Shown here piece by piece: positions 47,101-61,268 of a stretch of 64,000 nucleotides of DNA; positions within the stretch are counted from its first letter, which is position 1; every line of letters begins with the position of its first letter. Source of the stretch: Chlorokybus atmophyticus (taxonomy: Eukaryota > Plantae > Mesostigma and Chlorokybus algae); assembly GCA_009103225.1 (NCBI GenBank), contig RHPI01002533.1:709368-773367 (forward strand), in the 5' to 3' direction. The notes under the pieces are model-generated. The model made no database searches. It was not told the origin of the DNA and worked only from the letters and a program-made list of their open reading frames with translations. The position numbers and the translations under genes were made by a program.

Positions 47101-48566
47101 TTCTATGGCATCCCAGAGCATGCCAAGCCATTGATGGAGACTCCACAACGTATCATCGAGTTATCGAATGTGGTCAGCACTCAATGTTTTGTCGAGGCGG
47201 TCATTGAAAATCACGTTTGTGTCCATGTCGTATCCATGCACTGAGCCTGATACCTGTTTGGAGCAGGTGACGTTGAATGATCTGATTGAAGATGAGGCTG
47301 TTGCTGCGATAGAAGAGGATATTAGGTTGGAGTGTGCGAGGTATACTTTTTGCACTGCTCAGTTTGAGGTTTGCTCACATGTTCTTCAGCGTGTGATAGT
47401 TGTTCCGTCTTTACAATTGCTGGCAACCATGTGGTTTTAAGACCTTTGCTGCTGTCAGGTGGGGCACGGTGAAGTCTGCGCACATTCCAAGGCCAGACGC
47501 TGAGTCTATAGCACTTGAGTTGGAAAAGCGAGCTGCCCGAGAAATTGCAGAAGCTGCAGCCTCTTCTGAGGCGGAGGATCAGGATGGCCAGGCACAGCTT
47601 CCGGCAGATTTTTACGTGCCGTCACCACCTCTTCCTCCGAATACCCAACAATCAAATGCGCCAGTACCTCAAGAGCATGGTGATGAGCCCGCTGCTTCCC
47701 ATGGCATTGTTGTCCCGCAAGACAACCAGCCGACATCAGAACAGGAAAGCATGCCAGCGCAGCAGAGTCACGGACAGGCTGCGCCCCCTGCGACAGTGGT
47801 GGTTGTAAAGCAGGAGGAGCCTGATCCATCAGCAAGCGAAGTCACCCAGCATTACAATGCCCCAGCGCTGGCTGCATTGCCGGAAGTCACTGTAAAGCAA
47901 GAGGAGGTGGAGACTGCATTGCACCCTGCTGCCCAACATACTGATGGTAATGGTGAAGGTGAAGCGGAAGTCACGCAGCCAGTTGTAAAGAACGCAGAAG
48001 CGACAGAGCCACTGCTGGCAGGTGTGGATGCTGCTCCGCCTCAGGAGGCGGGTGGATACCAGTCCGATGCGCAGGTCCTAGAGGCTGGACCAATCGAACC
48101 TGCCGTAAAGCTAGAGAATGGCATGTCTAGTGAAGGCCAGGGTGAGCTCGCGCAGGGAGAAGCACAAGCCAGTGCACAGCCGGCTGCACCTGCGGTCAAG
48201 GCCGAGAACGGGATGCTAGATGTGGAAGGCAAGGTTGAGGATGTGCCGGAAGAGGCACAGGCCAGCGCACAACCGACTGAAATGGCGCCAGCGGCAGTGA
48301 ATGGGGTGCAGGACAAGAAGAAAAGGGAACCCAAGGGCCTGTTCAAGGTGTACGTTGAGTTCTCGCGAGAGTCTTCCGCCGTACAGGCGGCGCACGTGTT
48401 GCACGGGCGCCTGTACAACGGTCGCAAGGTGAGCGCCCGCTACTTCCCCCTGCGCCTGTACCAGATGCACTTCCGCAAGGGCCTCGTTGCCACTACACAC
48501 GAAGAGAAGCAAGCCCTTGCACTGGCGGCTCAGGCTCGCATCACCGCGCATCTCCCGGATTACTAG
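44114..48566 (+). CDS. U2AF large-subunit-like splicing factor (RS domain, RRM1, RRM2, UHM with a long insertion); plant-type paralogue
   Basis: Long DK/RS-rich N-terminus, RARAWDQAPPG, RPLRRLYVGNVP..AFLEFLTPEDAAAALNFDG..KVRRPKDY, NKIFVGGIP, IRLECARWGTVKSAHIPRP and GLFKVYVEF..AAHVLHGRLYNGRKVSARYF. Confidence 0.9.
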
Positions 48567-49546
48567 AGCAAACTCCACCCATAGAGTTCTGTTCAGTGTC
48601 AAGCGGGTCTGAGATGCAGCGTAGCCAATGGTGTAGTACATAGGTCAATTGGCAACAACAATAGCTTGTAGTCTACCCTCTGTTGCAGTTGAAACGCAGT
48701 TTGGTGCATACTTTGCATCTGCACAGCATTTGCACAGCAGGCTGTTGTCCCTCTCGGCGGTTCATCTTGTACCAGTGCTTGTACTTGGCTCATATAAGCA
48801 TCTGTTTGATGCATGTATACACACTCTGCGCTGGACAATTGAAACAGAGCTAGTGCAATCCACATGTCAACTTGCAGAAGAAGCAGATGAAGATGTGATC
48901 TCCCTATACGATACAAAGTGTCCTCTGCCGACAGGCCCGCCTATGCGGAGGTGGCCGCTATGTTGGCGATGGAGTGAAGGAGGAAAGGACGCGGTGGCGT
49001 GGTGGTGGAGGCGCATGTGGCAGCTGCGGCTGGTAGTCATGCAATCCTGCACATGCAATGCGGGGCGTGCTTGCTCATGTCTGTGTAGTGTGTAGCGTGG
49101 TGTGCTGTGGTGCTAATGTACAACCTCTATGATCATCAACATGCCAGCGTCATTTCCCCGTTGCAAGCACAACACCACATCCCATCCGCAATAACGATGA
49201 TGAGAGCATGACCTGAGGCGTTGTTACAATCTTCTCGAGTTGTTCGTGTTTCAGTGTGTCTGTCTACGCTTTGCTTGTTTTCAGAACCTCCGTGTACAAA
49301 GGATGCAGCATGCATAGCGTGCATTAAAGTCAACAAACACACACGCCAGCAAGCACGCACATACCCACTCAGTAGCACGCATGTGTTAGCACCTTGATGG
49401 GTATGAACAGTGGGCTATGTTTGGTGGTGTGGGGGGGGNNNNNNNNNNNNNNNNNNNNNNNNNNNNNNNNNNNNNNNNNNNNNNNNNNNNNNNNNNNNNN
49501 NNNNNNNNNNNNNNNNNNNNNNNNNNNNNNNNNNNNNNNNNNNNNN

Positions 49547-49767
<221 letters not shown>

Positions 49768-49906
49768 ACCAGACCGCATCAAAGCTGACGCAGCAGCCCA
49801 AACAACCCTTACCAGCAAGCGTCCACACGCCTTGCCAGTCACACCTCTGTTAACAGCCGACTGTGCCCGGCCAGGCACATTGCCGCTTACGACGACCACG
49901 GCGGCC

Positions 49907-52081
49907 ATGGCGGCGGCGGCGGCGGTGGGGGCGGTGTCGGTGTTGCCGTCATGCGGGAGGGATTGTTACAGTGGTCAGGGAAGGAGCGTCCGCCGTTGCA
50001 TGCTGCGACCTGCGCGGCGCAGCCACGCAGCCGGCTGTGGGCCAGCGCAAGCAGGGAAACGGAGGAACAGCGGCAGGGTGGCTGCTAGGTGCTGCGCCGG
50101 CGACAGCAGGCGAGTGAGGCATTGCCTCTGGTCCGCACAATGGTGAACTCTGTCTGTAGTGCGTGTGCGTGAGTGGAGCGACCGTGCATGGGCGTTGGCT
50201 ACGCCTACCCATACTTGCTGCAATGCCCCTTCCTACACGCGGTTCTGCTACTCCATGTTGAGAACTGTGATGTGATAAGCATGCACAGTGAGCTGCAATC
50301 CATCATGCTCGTGTGACTGTGCTTGCTTGCGTGTAGTTGTAATCTTAGAATCAGATATAGAGGGTGTCTTACCGTTGGCATACGTGCTTTTCACAGAGGG
50401 GCATATGCTTGCTTTTTGCATGCAAGCGCACACGAGGCATGCATATGCGTAGCACGTTTATGCTGCAAGCAGCTTAGGCAGCTTATACTCACCTGCAAAT
50501 TCAAGAAGCTTCCCCGCTGCTGCTACTGGCTGCTGATGTCACCTTGCCACACAGACAGTCCACCGTGCTGCCAGAAGAAGGGGCTCGAGCCACGTCAACA
50601 CCAACATCAACACCAACACCAACACCAACACCAACCACATCGTCGAGCCACAGGAGGAAGGCGCGTGCGGTGTGCACGGACGTGGACGGCACGCTCCTGA
50701 CCAGCGCGCACGCATTGAGCGATGGCAACGCGTCCGCGGTGCGGGAGGCCGTCGCGTGCGGGATCCCCGTCATCCTCACCACGGGCAAGGCAAGGGGCCC
50801 GTGGGTGGAACCACTACGACGACAGCTCGGCTTTGACTCACACGGCTGGACACTCAACGGGCCCGCGGTCTTCCTACAAGTATATGACTGAGACAGTGTT
50901 TGTGTTGAGAAAGAAGTTATTGCTAACAACATGTAGAGGGGTCATTACAGTGCCACACGCATGCACGTGTACATGTGTACATGTGTACACGTGCGTGCAT
51001 GGCACTGTAAGCGCCTCTCATCAACATGTCCTTGTGTGTGCGCACATGCTTGGATTCTCATTCAAAGCTAGAGCGCATATGCATGTGTGAATGCATGTGA
51101 TTTTTGTTATGGCAGGGGTTGCTGGTGTGTTCTGAGGGAGGTGAGGTGCTCCACGCACAGACGATGCGGCACGAGGTGGTGCGGGAGATGGTGCGGTTCG
51201 CCACTTTGCATGGCATGACGCTGACGGCGTACACGACGGGAGACCGCATCGTCGCGCGTGCGACCAACGCACAGACAGACCGATTAATACCCTACAACGA
51301 GCCCGTCCCGGAGGTCGGATTGTGACAAAACCACAATGATTTGTGTGTGTGTGTGTGTGTGTTTGTACACAAGATGCAATGGGGATGTCATGCATGCGAT
51401 AGTGAGTACTTGCATGTACTTGCGTGTACTTTGCTCATCTTGCGCGTATATCAATGTAGTTTGTATAGCTAATCTTTACCTGTGGGTGTTCTTCAAGGCA
51501 GTTGGCGACATGATGGACTTGTTGAGCAGTGGCAAGGCCGGCGTTCCCGATGCGTACAAGATGATACTCATGGCCGAGGAGAGCTCTTTGGTACCCAACA
51601 CAACATGAACAGCAAACCAATGCATACCCATATACGCAACGCCAAACATGCTCCAACCAACATACTCATGTTTGCCAGGTGAGAGTGAGGCCTGCACTGG
51701 AGGAGATGCTTGGCTCCGAGGCCACCGTGACCAAAGCCCTCCCGGGCATGTTGGAAGTGTTGCCGCCGGGCGCGTCCAAGGCAGACGGCGTAAGGCGTGC
51801 GCTATCCACCATCGGCGTTGAAGTCAACGACGTGATTGCCCTCGGCGATGGAGAGAACGATATCGAGATGCTGCGAATGGTGAGGAAGCAACGAGCGTGT
51901 ATGCGTGGTTGGGTTGTTTGTGTCATCTGACGAAGTTGTGTCTGCGAAGGTGAGGGATGCGGGCGGGTGGTCAGTCGCCGTGGCTAATGCTGGCGTGGCT
52001 GTAAAGGCAACTGCGGAGCACTTGACGAGCAGCAATGATGATGACGGGTTCGCCGAGGCTCTGTACAAATACGTGTTGTAG
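49907..52081 (+). CDS. Cof-type HAD-IIB hydrolase with probable plastid transit peptide
   Basis: Motif I CTDVDGTLL, motif II ILTTGK, motif III EVLPPGASKADGV and motif IV VIALGDGENDIEML, ending GWSVAVANA..NDDDGFAEALYKYVL*. The N-terminus is Ala/Ser/Arg-rich. Confidence 0.92.
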
Positions 52082-52698
52082 CATCCTTGGTATGTACCAG
52101 TAAGTCTGCAGTTTACCTGCGCACGTTGTGCGCTCATGTGATACATACATACACGTACTGATATGTTCTGCAGACACATAGTGAGAGTGCACTCAATTGC
52201 AATGTCATCACATTAAGTTGGTTAAGGGAGTATGTACGCAAGGCAGGAAAGTGTGCGCGCATAGTACGGGCATGCAAGACCATTACAGCAGTAATGCTGC
52301 CAACAGCGCAATTGCAAGCAAGCCCATGAAGCGCAGCTCCCAAAGTGTGGGCATGAAGCTCGCAACTTGCTTGATTCTGTGTATTGTCAGTGAGAATGCT
52401 GCAGCAGCAATTGCCATCCTGTACCAATGGAGTGCACTGGCTTCAAGACTGAGCCTGCCGCTGCAAGCATACTTCAGGTGTACTATACTTTAAGTAGTAG
52501 CACCGCCATCTACTGCACACCTATCCTTCCCATCTCAACAACTACTCGCCAAAATCGCATGTGCATAGCAGCCACCAGCGCAAGTGCAGCGCACAGTGCG
52601 CAAAACAAAAACGCTGCGATGACAAGCGCGCACAACAAGTACACGAGCCACAACTTTTCCCTGAAAATCAGCTGCGGTCACACGGTCGCCATCCATAA

Positions 52699-55446
52699 TC
52701 AGAACACTTCATGGGCTTTGCCGTAGTACCGATTGATGAAGCTCGACTGCGCGCACACACATGCCAACAACATGTACGTGTTGTGAGTAATAACGGCGTC
52801 AAACACCCACCAGCATCGCCACGTACATGCCGCAAGCTCTCCTTACCTTGAACCCGGATATGTCGGGGTAATTGTCGGACTTGACGGGGTAGAACTTGTA
52901 AAACCGCATGTCTTCCATCACTTTTTTACTGTCGTCCGTGAGCGCTTCCAGCTCAGCCTTGCGCTTTGCCTTGGCCTGCATTGTATGTCACAAATATGTC
53001 TTACCTCAGATACACCTCAGGCTGTCATGTACGACCAGATGCGCATTAGATGTTGTTACCATACCTCGCGTACTTTCGCCTTGGCAGCATTCACCTCTGT
53101 TCTGCAAAAGTTCTGTTGACAAACATTGTCAACAGAAACAAGTTGTCAGTAATCAGTATGCCTCAATCACAGCTGAGAAACTTGCTTGTTAACTCACGCA
53201 TGCAATGCAGTAAAAGGTAGTTCATCGCATGCATGCACGGTATGAGCGCAGGCTTCTTCACGCACATGCACGCGCGCACGCACACACACTTGCCGTGAAC
53301 TCATCCGATTTTTCCTTGGGAAGTGTGCCCTCCTCCACCAGCTGCTCGGTAAACTCCTATTATGTGCACATGGGCGCGTGAGTGTATATTCGCACGCTGT
53401 GTACACATGTTGCAGACATTGTATATGCATCACCTATGCCATGCAAGCTTAAACCTAAAACACACATTGCACACGCACCTCTACGGTATCAAACTGCCAG
53501 TCGAACTCTGCAACAACCTGTCGGGAGCAGATTAGTGAGCCTCAATACCAACCAGTGAATGACGCAATCACCAACAAGTCTAGGCTGCATTGTTTTCTGT
53601 TTGTGAATTCTGTACGTACCGGTGGTTGCGGATCTTCCAATGGGAACATCAAGCTGACCGTGCTGTCATACTGAAATTGCTCTTCTTTCAACGGCTGGTA
53701 TATGTCTGTCTCAGCCAAGCATGTCAATTGGACACATGCGCACGCACGCACCACATGAACAGAAAACAATGCAGACTACACTAACACGCATCAGTCATCA
53801 ACATAACACTGACTGACCAGCAACTCACATGGTAGGCAGTACTCGTACTTCTTCACTTGCGCCTCTGACAGTCGTTTCAGTGCTGCCCTGCGAATGAACA
53901 CGTCAAGCGGACGTGTTCACATGCACGTGTTTGCAGTATTGCAAAGACCTTGACAGAGGACTGACCAACCTTCTGAGTATGCACTTGAGTACAAACACTT
54001 GCGGCTTCGTCCTCTCCACTTGTTTCCGTCTATGCATAGTCAAAGTGTGTATGCTTTTATTTGCGAAACAAACATGGCCGCCACAGTCATGAGGTTGCAA
54101 TGTTGTTGCACTTACGTGTCGGGGATGAAAGGCACCCAGTCCATCTTCATGTCCTGTACACACGCACACGTGCACGCGCACACAAAGCAACCGTCAGCCT
54201 TTGTTTTGCAGTAAGGTTGAACCCACACCATCAACCAACACAACAAAACAAAACAGTAGTGCACAAGTCCGCACTTTCAACTTCAACAGCGTGCCGTCGC
54301 CTTCCATCTGCACAGACTTTATCGACAGCTGGTCTGAAGGCGGGGTAGGTGACGTAACCTGGAAAAAACACAATGAGATCACACCCCAAGTTGTTGTTGT
54401 CAATGTACAACAATTATTGCACCGTACCGCGACGATTGCGGGTATGTGCGTGACCTTCCACTTGCCATCCTCGCCGTCTCCGCTCTGCAACAGCTGTGCT
54501 GCAGTCACGCAACAAGAGACGATGCTTTCAATACACGATTGCCTTTTACACCCAACGAGCACAATAGGTTGTTGTTGTTGTTGATACGTACGCTCTGTAA
54601 CGCCAAAAGCGTACACCCGCTTGTTGTGCAGCACCCCGCCCTCGTCAAACGCCTCCTGCAACAAACACCAACTTTTACACAATCGCAACATTCACGACAA
54701 CAGAGCCAGTCAGGACAACACATCACACGAGACACAAGCTAATCCTGTCCTCACTGAACCCCAGACACCACACAACGACAAAACAACAAAGATGTAGCTG
54801 TGTACAACAAAAAAACAGTGTGCGTGCATTTGTACACGAGTCGTATCCTGACCTCCAAGTTGCTAAAGTCCCACGGTGTCTCGTACACAGTGTTGTAGTG
54901 CTCCCACTGTCATCAAACGCATGGCATATGTTGAGGGAAAGAGAGAAGGAGTGACAATGCTGCTGATTAGCAGATATACAAACACGAAAAAATGCGCATG
55001 TGGTCATTGGATAATAATCCGCCTTGATAAGAACAGCCTGGAAAGAATCATTGCAAATAAACAGCTAGCATGCAGCCAATATCATAGAATCTAATGTTGT
55101 TCGCAATACTAAACACGTGATGGCGTATCAAAGTCTTGCCAATGTCTGCACGCATCCATGCACAGAAAGCAACAAGGTAGGCAGTCATTAGCATGCGCAT
55201 AACAGATGACCCTGCAAACACACATACCTCTGTGCCAACCAGGTACACCTCTTTCCACAATTCTTCCTGCCAGCAATTGATCAACACAATGCAAACACAA
55301 ACCAACTCGACAAAGCATATACACAAGCCTGGTAGTGATGAAGAAAAGCATGCGATCAAGTGCACGACAACACAGCACGGCGACAAGCTTAATAGCGACA
55401 GCAAGCACACATTTATTCTACATAGAATGATGCAGGCACCCACCAT
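52699..55446 (-). CDS. HIT4: HEAT INTOLERANT 4-like chromocentre protein
   Basis: M|EELWKEVYLVGTE|WEHYNTVYETPWDFSNLE|EAFDEGGVLHNKRVYAFGVTE..PPSDQLSIKSVQ..MKMDWVPFIP..KKYEYCLP..AEFDWQFD..MRFYKFYP..SSFINRYYGKAHEVF* matches HIT4 blocks from memory. Confidence 0.9.
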
Positions 55447-55727
55447 AACCTCGCACACCACGCCGCCGCCGCCTCCGCCGCTATATGGGCTAAAATTTCG
55501 TAATAACACTATTGCACTTTCTTCGCTGTGTTGATTTCTTTTTTCTGTCACAGTTGGGTGGGCTGAGCAACAACGCTGCTTCCAACGCTGTCGCTAACGC
55601 TGCGGACACACAATGCGAATCAGCGCAGCAACGCTCTGTGACTGCGATGCCACGTGGCGGAACGGGGCGGCGGTGGCGGTGACGGAGGAGGCAGGAGACG
55701 AGGAGGAGGAGGTTGCGGCTGTCCGTC

Positions 55728-58700
55728 ATGGGGTCTTGGCTGCAGAGTCAGATCCGGCGAGCAGAAGGTCAGCTGGCGGTTGGTTTGACCGTTGGCAGCA
55801 GTCACCCTACAGCCAGCAGAATGCATGTTCTATTACGTACAGTGTCATAGGGTTGTGCAGGGGGCGCGTCAGTAGTATGCTGCGTCTTTTTCTTGTCTCA
55901 TGTTCAACAATGTAAGCTGGAACGATGTTTGCACTGTGCCTGCACATTGTGACTGTTTAGCTGACTGGGTTGAGCACAGTACAACTAGGTAGGAAGGACA
56001 TGCAAGGTGCAGATAAGCTCGTGGTTGCATTTGCCATCGTGCTAATCAGCGAGCTTGGTAGGGTCCAAGCTGAGAAGCTTGCGCTCCTGCTGTTGCGTCG
56101 CAGTCGTTACCCTGCCTTTGTAACCAGAATGTTGATGCCATCATTTGCGTTGACACATGTTGCTGTTGGGCATGAGCGTGGTAACATAAAGAACAACTGC
56201 GTGCCATGTGTCATGTTACATTGTTGCGGTTTAACAGCAACGCAAGTAGATAGCTGTCAGCCAACTCCGTTAAGTTCCAAGCATGCATCATCGGCTACGC
56301 CCACTTATGAGTTCGTGCTTTCATGGTCTCAAGCATGTTGATGTGCATGCCTAGTTTGCAACCTGCCTTCTGCATACCTTATCATGTTACACTCAGCATT
56401 AGCTGTGCTACAACAACAACACATTAACAGCGCGTATAACTAGTATTTTACTGATCACAGTTGCATGCGTGCATTGCAAGCACTGTAGGAGCAGTCGCAT
56501 TTGTCTCATGCATTGCCTCACAAAGCGTTTGCACAACCAAACACTGCTCTTTGTGCAGAGCTGCTGGAAAGCGTGGACAGGACAGCCAAAAATGTTACGG
56601 CCGTGCGCGAACGTGAGCACACCACTCGCACGCCTGAAGTTGCCTTCAATCCTGAACCCATCCCCGAACCTGAAATCGTCATTGAAGCCCGCTCACCACT
56701 GCCGTCTGGTAATACGCAGTTCCTGGGCTGACTGTGTACATTGACATGCAAGTAACATAACTCAAACCACATGCGGAGGTGGGCATGTGTGTTTGACTCA
56801 GCTCTAGTGCATGACGCGGCCTTGATTGTTGTCTGGCATGTGCAGCGCAGCGCAGTCTACGTGCAAAACCGTTGGTAAAGTCACCCGCTCCACGCATAAA
56901 GGTAATGGCACCATCAGATGCAACAAACATTGACACAATTGCTTTTGCACTGGCTAACACTGTCGTGTGTGCAGTCAATAGCTCGGCCTGTAGGTGCAGT
57001 ACGTGCTGGTATTGCTCCTTCTGCAGACACCAACAACAGCGGTCCCGCCGTGCCACCACCAGCAGAGGCGCCATCCGCAGCACCCGCAGAGCTCATTGAC
57101 TCCTTGCCAACACAGATTGTTGCTTCCCCTGTCGTGTCCACCCCGCCGCCCAGTCACAGTCCCGCTGGTTCCATCTCAAAACAAGAGGGGTCGACACTCG
57201 GTTCAGCCCCGACTACCAGTGAAACAATAAGTGCGCGGGAACTTGCTCCTGCTGCTGGTGCTGCGAAGGGAGTTGACAACGCTGAGGTTGTGACTTCTAC
57301 TGGTGTCGAGAGCAATACAGGCGCTGCGAGTGCTTTGCAAGCGCAAGCAGCTGCGCTCAGCAATGGACACGCCGTTGTCGCTGATGCTGGTGACGATAAT
57401 GCTGATATTGACGCTGATCTCAAGCCTTCTTCCGGTACCGGCAGTAAAGTCGCAGCAGGGAACAACAACAAAGAAGCGAGGTTGGCTCGCGTGGCTGAGC
57501 GCCTCTCAGAGCGACTGGCAGGTGTTAACATGAGTAATTGTGCTCAGAACTTAAGGTCGAGAGTTTGTTGATCCTCACTCGCTGTCACGTGCGACTGGCA
57601 GAGTATAAGGCTGAGAATGCTCAGCTCGAGGAGCTTGTGCGCACCTCTGAAGCCCGTGCTAAGGAGCACGAAGCATTGATTGCTCACCTCCAGCAAGAGC
57701 TAGTTGCTGCACAGGTATCACGTCAACGGGTGTGCTCTAGTGCATGAGTTTTTTGAGTCGTAGTGTGCACAGGTGCTTGCATTCTTCTCCCACTGGCATA
57801 TTTTAGCACAGTCATCAATTTGTAAAACCCTGGGCCAGGGCTCCGTAGCTGCAGCAGAGGTGCAGACATCCGCGGCACTGGCCACAAAAAACCAAGAAGT
57901 GCTGGAGCTGTCAAACCGCCTCGAGTCTGTGGTGCGGCAGCTCTCCATCGTAGAAGGCCGTTCAGCAGCCTTGGCCTCGGAGAATGACATGTTGATGCAA
58001 GGGCGCGACCAAGCAGCTGCAGAGGTACAACAGCATACAAGACATGTACATGTAAATGTACATGTACCTGTCTTGTACGCTTTACATATTGTGTGAGGCA
58101 TATCAGACATGTACATGTACCTGTCTTGTATGCTTTGCATATCATGTGAGGCATACCAGACATGTACATATCAGACACATACTTTGAAATGTACGTGTCC
58201 AGCATGTGTGAGTTCGACATGTACATCTTACTTCAAGTCAATGTACCAGTTGTTGACACCAGCCTTGCAACCCTCCAGGTTTTGCAAAGTGTTCGGCATG
58301 AGCTGGCGATGATTGAACGGCAGCTGGATGAGGAGCGAGCGGCGCATTCAGCCTTGCGGCAGAACTCGTCCATGCGCGAGTCGGAGCTGGAGGCCAGGCT
58401 TGCGGACAGCTCCACCGCTCTGGTTGACATGCAGCGTCAGTTGAACGACCGCGCGGCCAAAGCGCAAGCGCTTGAACAACGCCTATCAGCCATGGAGGTA
58501 GCCATGCCAGCGTCATGTCTTTGGAAACAGCCTCACATTTCAATCTTAGTGCAGCTGTTCAGTTCTGAACTGTGTTTACTGTGCTGGGGTTGTATTCGGG
58601 TCTTGTGGCTTTGCAATTGTCACCTCAGGTGTGGTGTTTGTGGACAGGTGGAGTGCGCTTCAGCAAACCAGCGCCTCGCTGCGCTCCAGGCTGAGACACA

Positions 58701-59663
58701 AGGACAGCAGCCAAGCAGCAGTGGCAACGATGCAGCCAGCTTCATGATAGCTTCATGGAAAGACGAGGCAAGACGTTGAACACACCCCAACTCATTCAGA
58801 TTACAACTGTGGACTTCTTGTTGATTTATGCATGGCCTTATGTGGGTACGCCTTTGCGCTCACGTTGCACTTGTTGTCTCGTCAGGCTGAACGTGCAGAG
58901 CAACAAGCGCGTGAAGCAGAGGCGGCTCTAGCGAGGAGCCAAGCGGAGCTGGCGCAGATGCAAGTGGAGCTTCAGAAGAGCAGACAGCGGGCGGACGACG
59001 CTTACAACTCCACGAACACCGACCTCGAGAGACGCTTCAGGGAGCTCACTGAGCTGCTGTATGTCAAGCAGACGCAGCTGGAGGCCATGGCCAGTGATAG
59101 GGTCAGTATACAGGAGAGAGCCTTCATTGTCATGCAATGTGGCTGTTACACAAGCGCGAGTTGTGGTGTGACCTTTGTATATACTCTTCTGCAGGCTGCT
59201 ATGCAGCTTCAGGTGGAACACGAGAAGCGCCGGGCGCAAGATGCCGTTGAGCGAGAACGCACGGCCCGCATGCGTGCTGTTACCGTTGATGTGGAGGACA
59301 ACCTTGCGCCGATAGACGCGATCGGATCCGCCTACGAGCAGTTGCACAACGTGAAGAGCGTTGGCCCGAGCATACAAAGGGCGGCCAGGTGCTGTGCAAG
59401 TGTTTGATGGTTTTATTGTGTAGGTAGCCGCATGCCAGTCGGACTTGTTGTGAGATGTTGTCTCCTGGTTGTTGTTTTCACACAGGTTTCTCGACTTCAG
59501 CGCTGTGACTTGCGGCCGCTTCCTGTGGAGGAATCCAATGGCACGCATTGGCTTCGTGCTGTACTTGCTCTGCGTGCACCTCTTCCTCATGCTGCTTCTC
59601 CACAGGATGCAAGCCACCCTGGACCATCTTGCTGCTGCAAAGAGTTCACATACATTTGGTTGA
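55728..59663 (+). CDS. GOLGA5: Golgin-84 / golgin candidate 1-like protein
   Basis: MGSWLQSQIRRAE..LLESVDRTAK N-terminus, coiled coil ELERRFRELTELLYVKQTQLEAMASD, and C-terminal TM FLWRNPMARIGFVLYLLCVHLFLMLLLHRMQ, typical of golgin-84. Confidence 0.88.
58040..58185. repeat. Intronic tandem duplication of an about 53-65 bp unit starting AGACATGTACAT
   Basis: Two near-complete copies (58040-58104, 58105-58157) plus partial copies are seen directly. Confidence 0.8.
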
Positions 59664-61268
59664 CTCCAAAGTATCTCGGCATTTCAACATGTTGCCTTGT
59701 AGTCTGTATGTATATAGTTTCAAGCTGTAGATGATTGCCAGTACATGGGACAGTGTGTCCCCCCTCGCTCTCTGCACATTCCACACTGGTGCACAGCAGA
59801 TTTCCCGACAGGTCAGTAGTGTGTGTCGATGTTCCTGTCGTCACATGTATTGACAGTGAGCCTGTCGCCATACAACTCCTGCCTTGTTGTATGAGCATGC
59901 TGGGCACAAAACGGGCCAGTCACACTGCACGGGGAGCAGGCTGTAGTAACCAAGCCAAGATTGATTGGTAAACAAGCTTGCCCGTGCACCACAGCACATG
60001 CACACACACTGCTGCTCATGTTGACATTGTGTGCGACTACCAACCGCTACCCACAGCCCGTGTGGCCAGGTGCTACATGCATAAGGTAAAAGAGAGGGTC
60101 CCATGCATGTACTGACTGCTATGGCTAACCGGGTGTTGGTAGAGTAGGTAATGAAGTTAGCTAGTGACAGTAGCCCGGTGGTCTACATAAACAGTGTTAA
60201 CTGCACGTTGACATCATGCTTGGTCCATTGCATGCTTCGTGCATGTGCATACGTGTCGCACATTTTCTGTACAACGCCGATGCAGCACTGCAAACAAGTG
60301 CGATGCGGCACTACAACCGACCAAGGGGGAGGGCGGAGGGGCGGGAAGGGAGGGGAGGGGCCCGAGCTGCAGCAGCAAGGGTTGCAATGACCGCAGCGCC
60401 AGCAGGCTGGAGGTCAGGGGATGTGGTCGGAGGAAGGAGGAGGGGAACAGAGGGAGAGGGTCGGAGGGCTTAAACATGCTGCTGGCCGGAGTTACTATGA
60501 AGACCGACCATGACTGACTGCTGCTGCTCTTGCTGCTGCTCCTGCTGCTGTTGCGTGCTGTACAGGTAACGACTCAACACTTGCATGCCTGTATGCCCAA
60601 CGGGGACGGCGAGTAAAGTAGCATAGGTAGCGTACCCCGGTGGTGGGTTATGTTGTGCATGTTCTTGTTGTGAATGACACCCCGTGCATGCGACATTTGT
60701 AGCATACTATCTCTTGTACACATGCGTTCGGGGAGCAGGCTTCATGACAAAGCAGCTTGCCCGTGGTAAGGACACAGCCCCCCAACCCCACCACCCAACC
60801 CCTGCACCGTACCATGCCACGCGCCACCGCTGCAAGCGTGCACTGCTGACGTCAGCAGTACAAGGTCAGGGGTTACAAAGGGCTGCCAACGGCAGCAGCA
60901 AACGGAGAGGAGGGGCGAGGGTGATGCTGACGAAAGGAGGGAAGGGGAGACCGTCTGCTGTTGCTGCCGACTGCCTAGCGGCGCTGTTGACCACGACAAA
61001 CTGCCTAGCTGTTGGTGGTGCAGGTAATCCGCAGATGATATGCACGCTTGCATGTCTAACGGGGTGGTGGTGGTAGTGGTGGTCGTGAAGAATAGGCTAG
61101 CCCGGTGGTAAACTACTTCATGACAATGACTGCCTGCATGCTGTTGGCTGCTCACAATCCTTGCATGCCTTCATACAGCACATTGTATATACATGACACT
61201 CGCCTTGCGCTGTGAGGAACCAAGACACCCAAGTCTTTGATAGGCTATCCCAGGCAAGGATGTAGTTT

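Noticed and set aside
60214-61203. GC-AG intron and two alternative Pro/Leu-rich terminal exons for the gene at 61-62.5 kb
   Set aside because: The upstream exon phase leads to a stop before this donor is reached, so these segments are more likely 3' UTR or intergenic.
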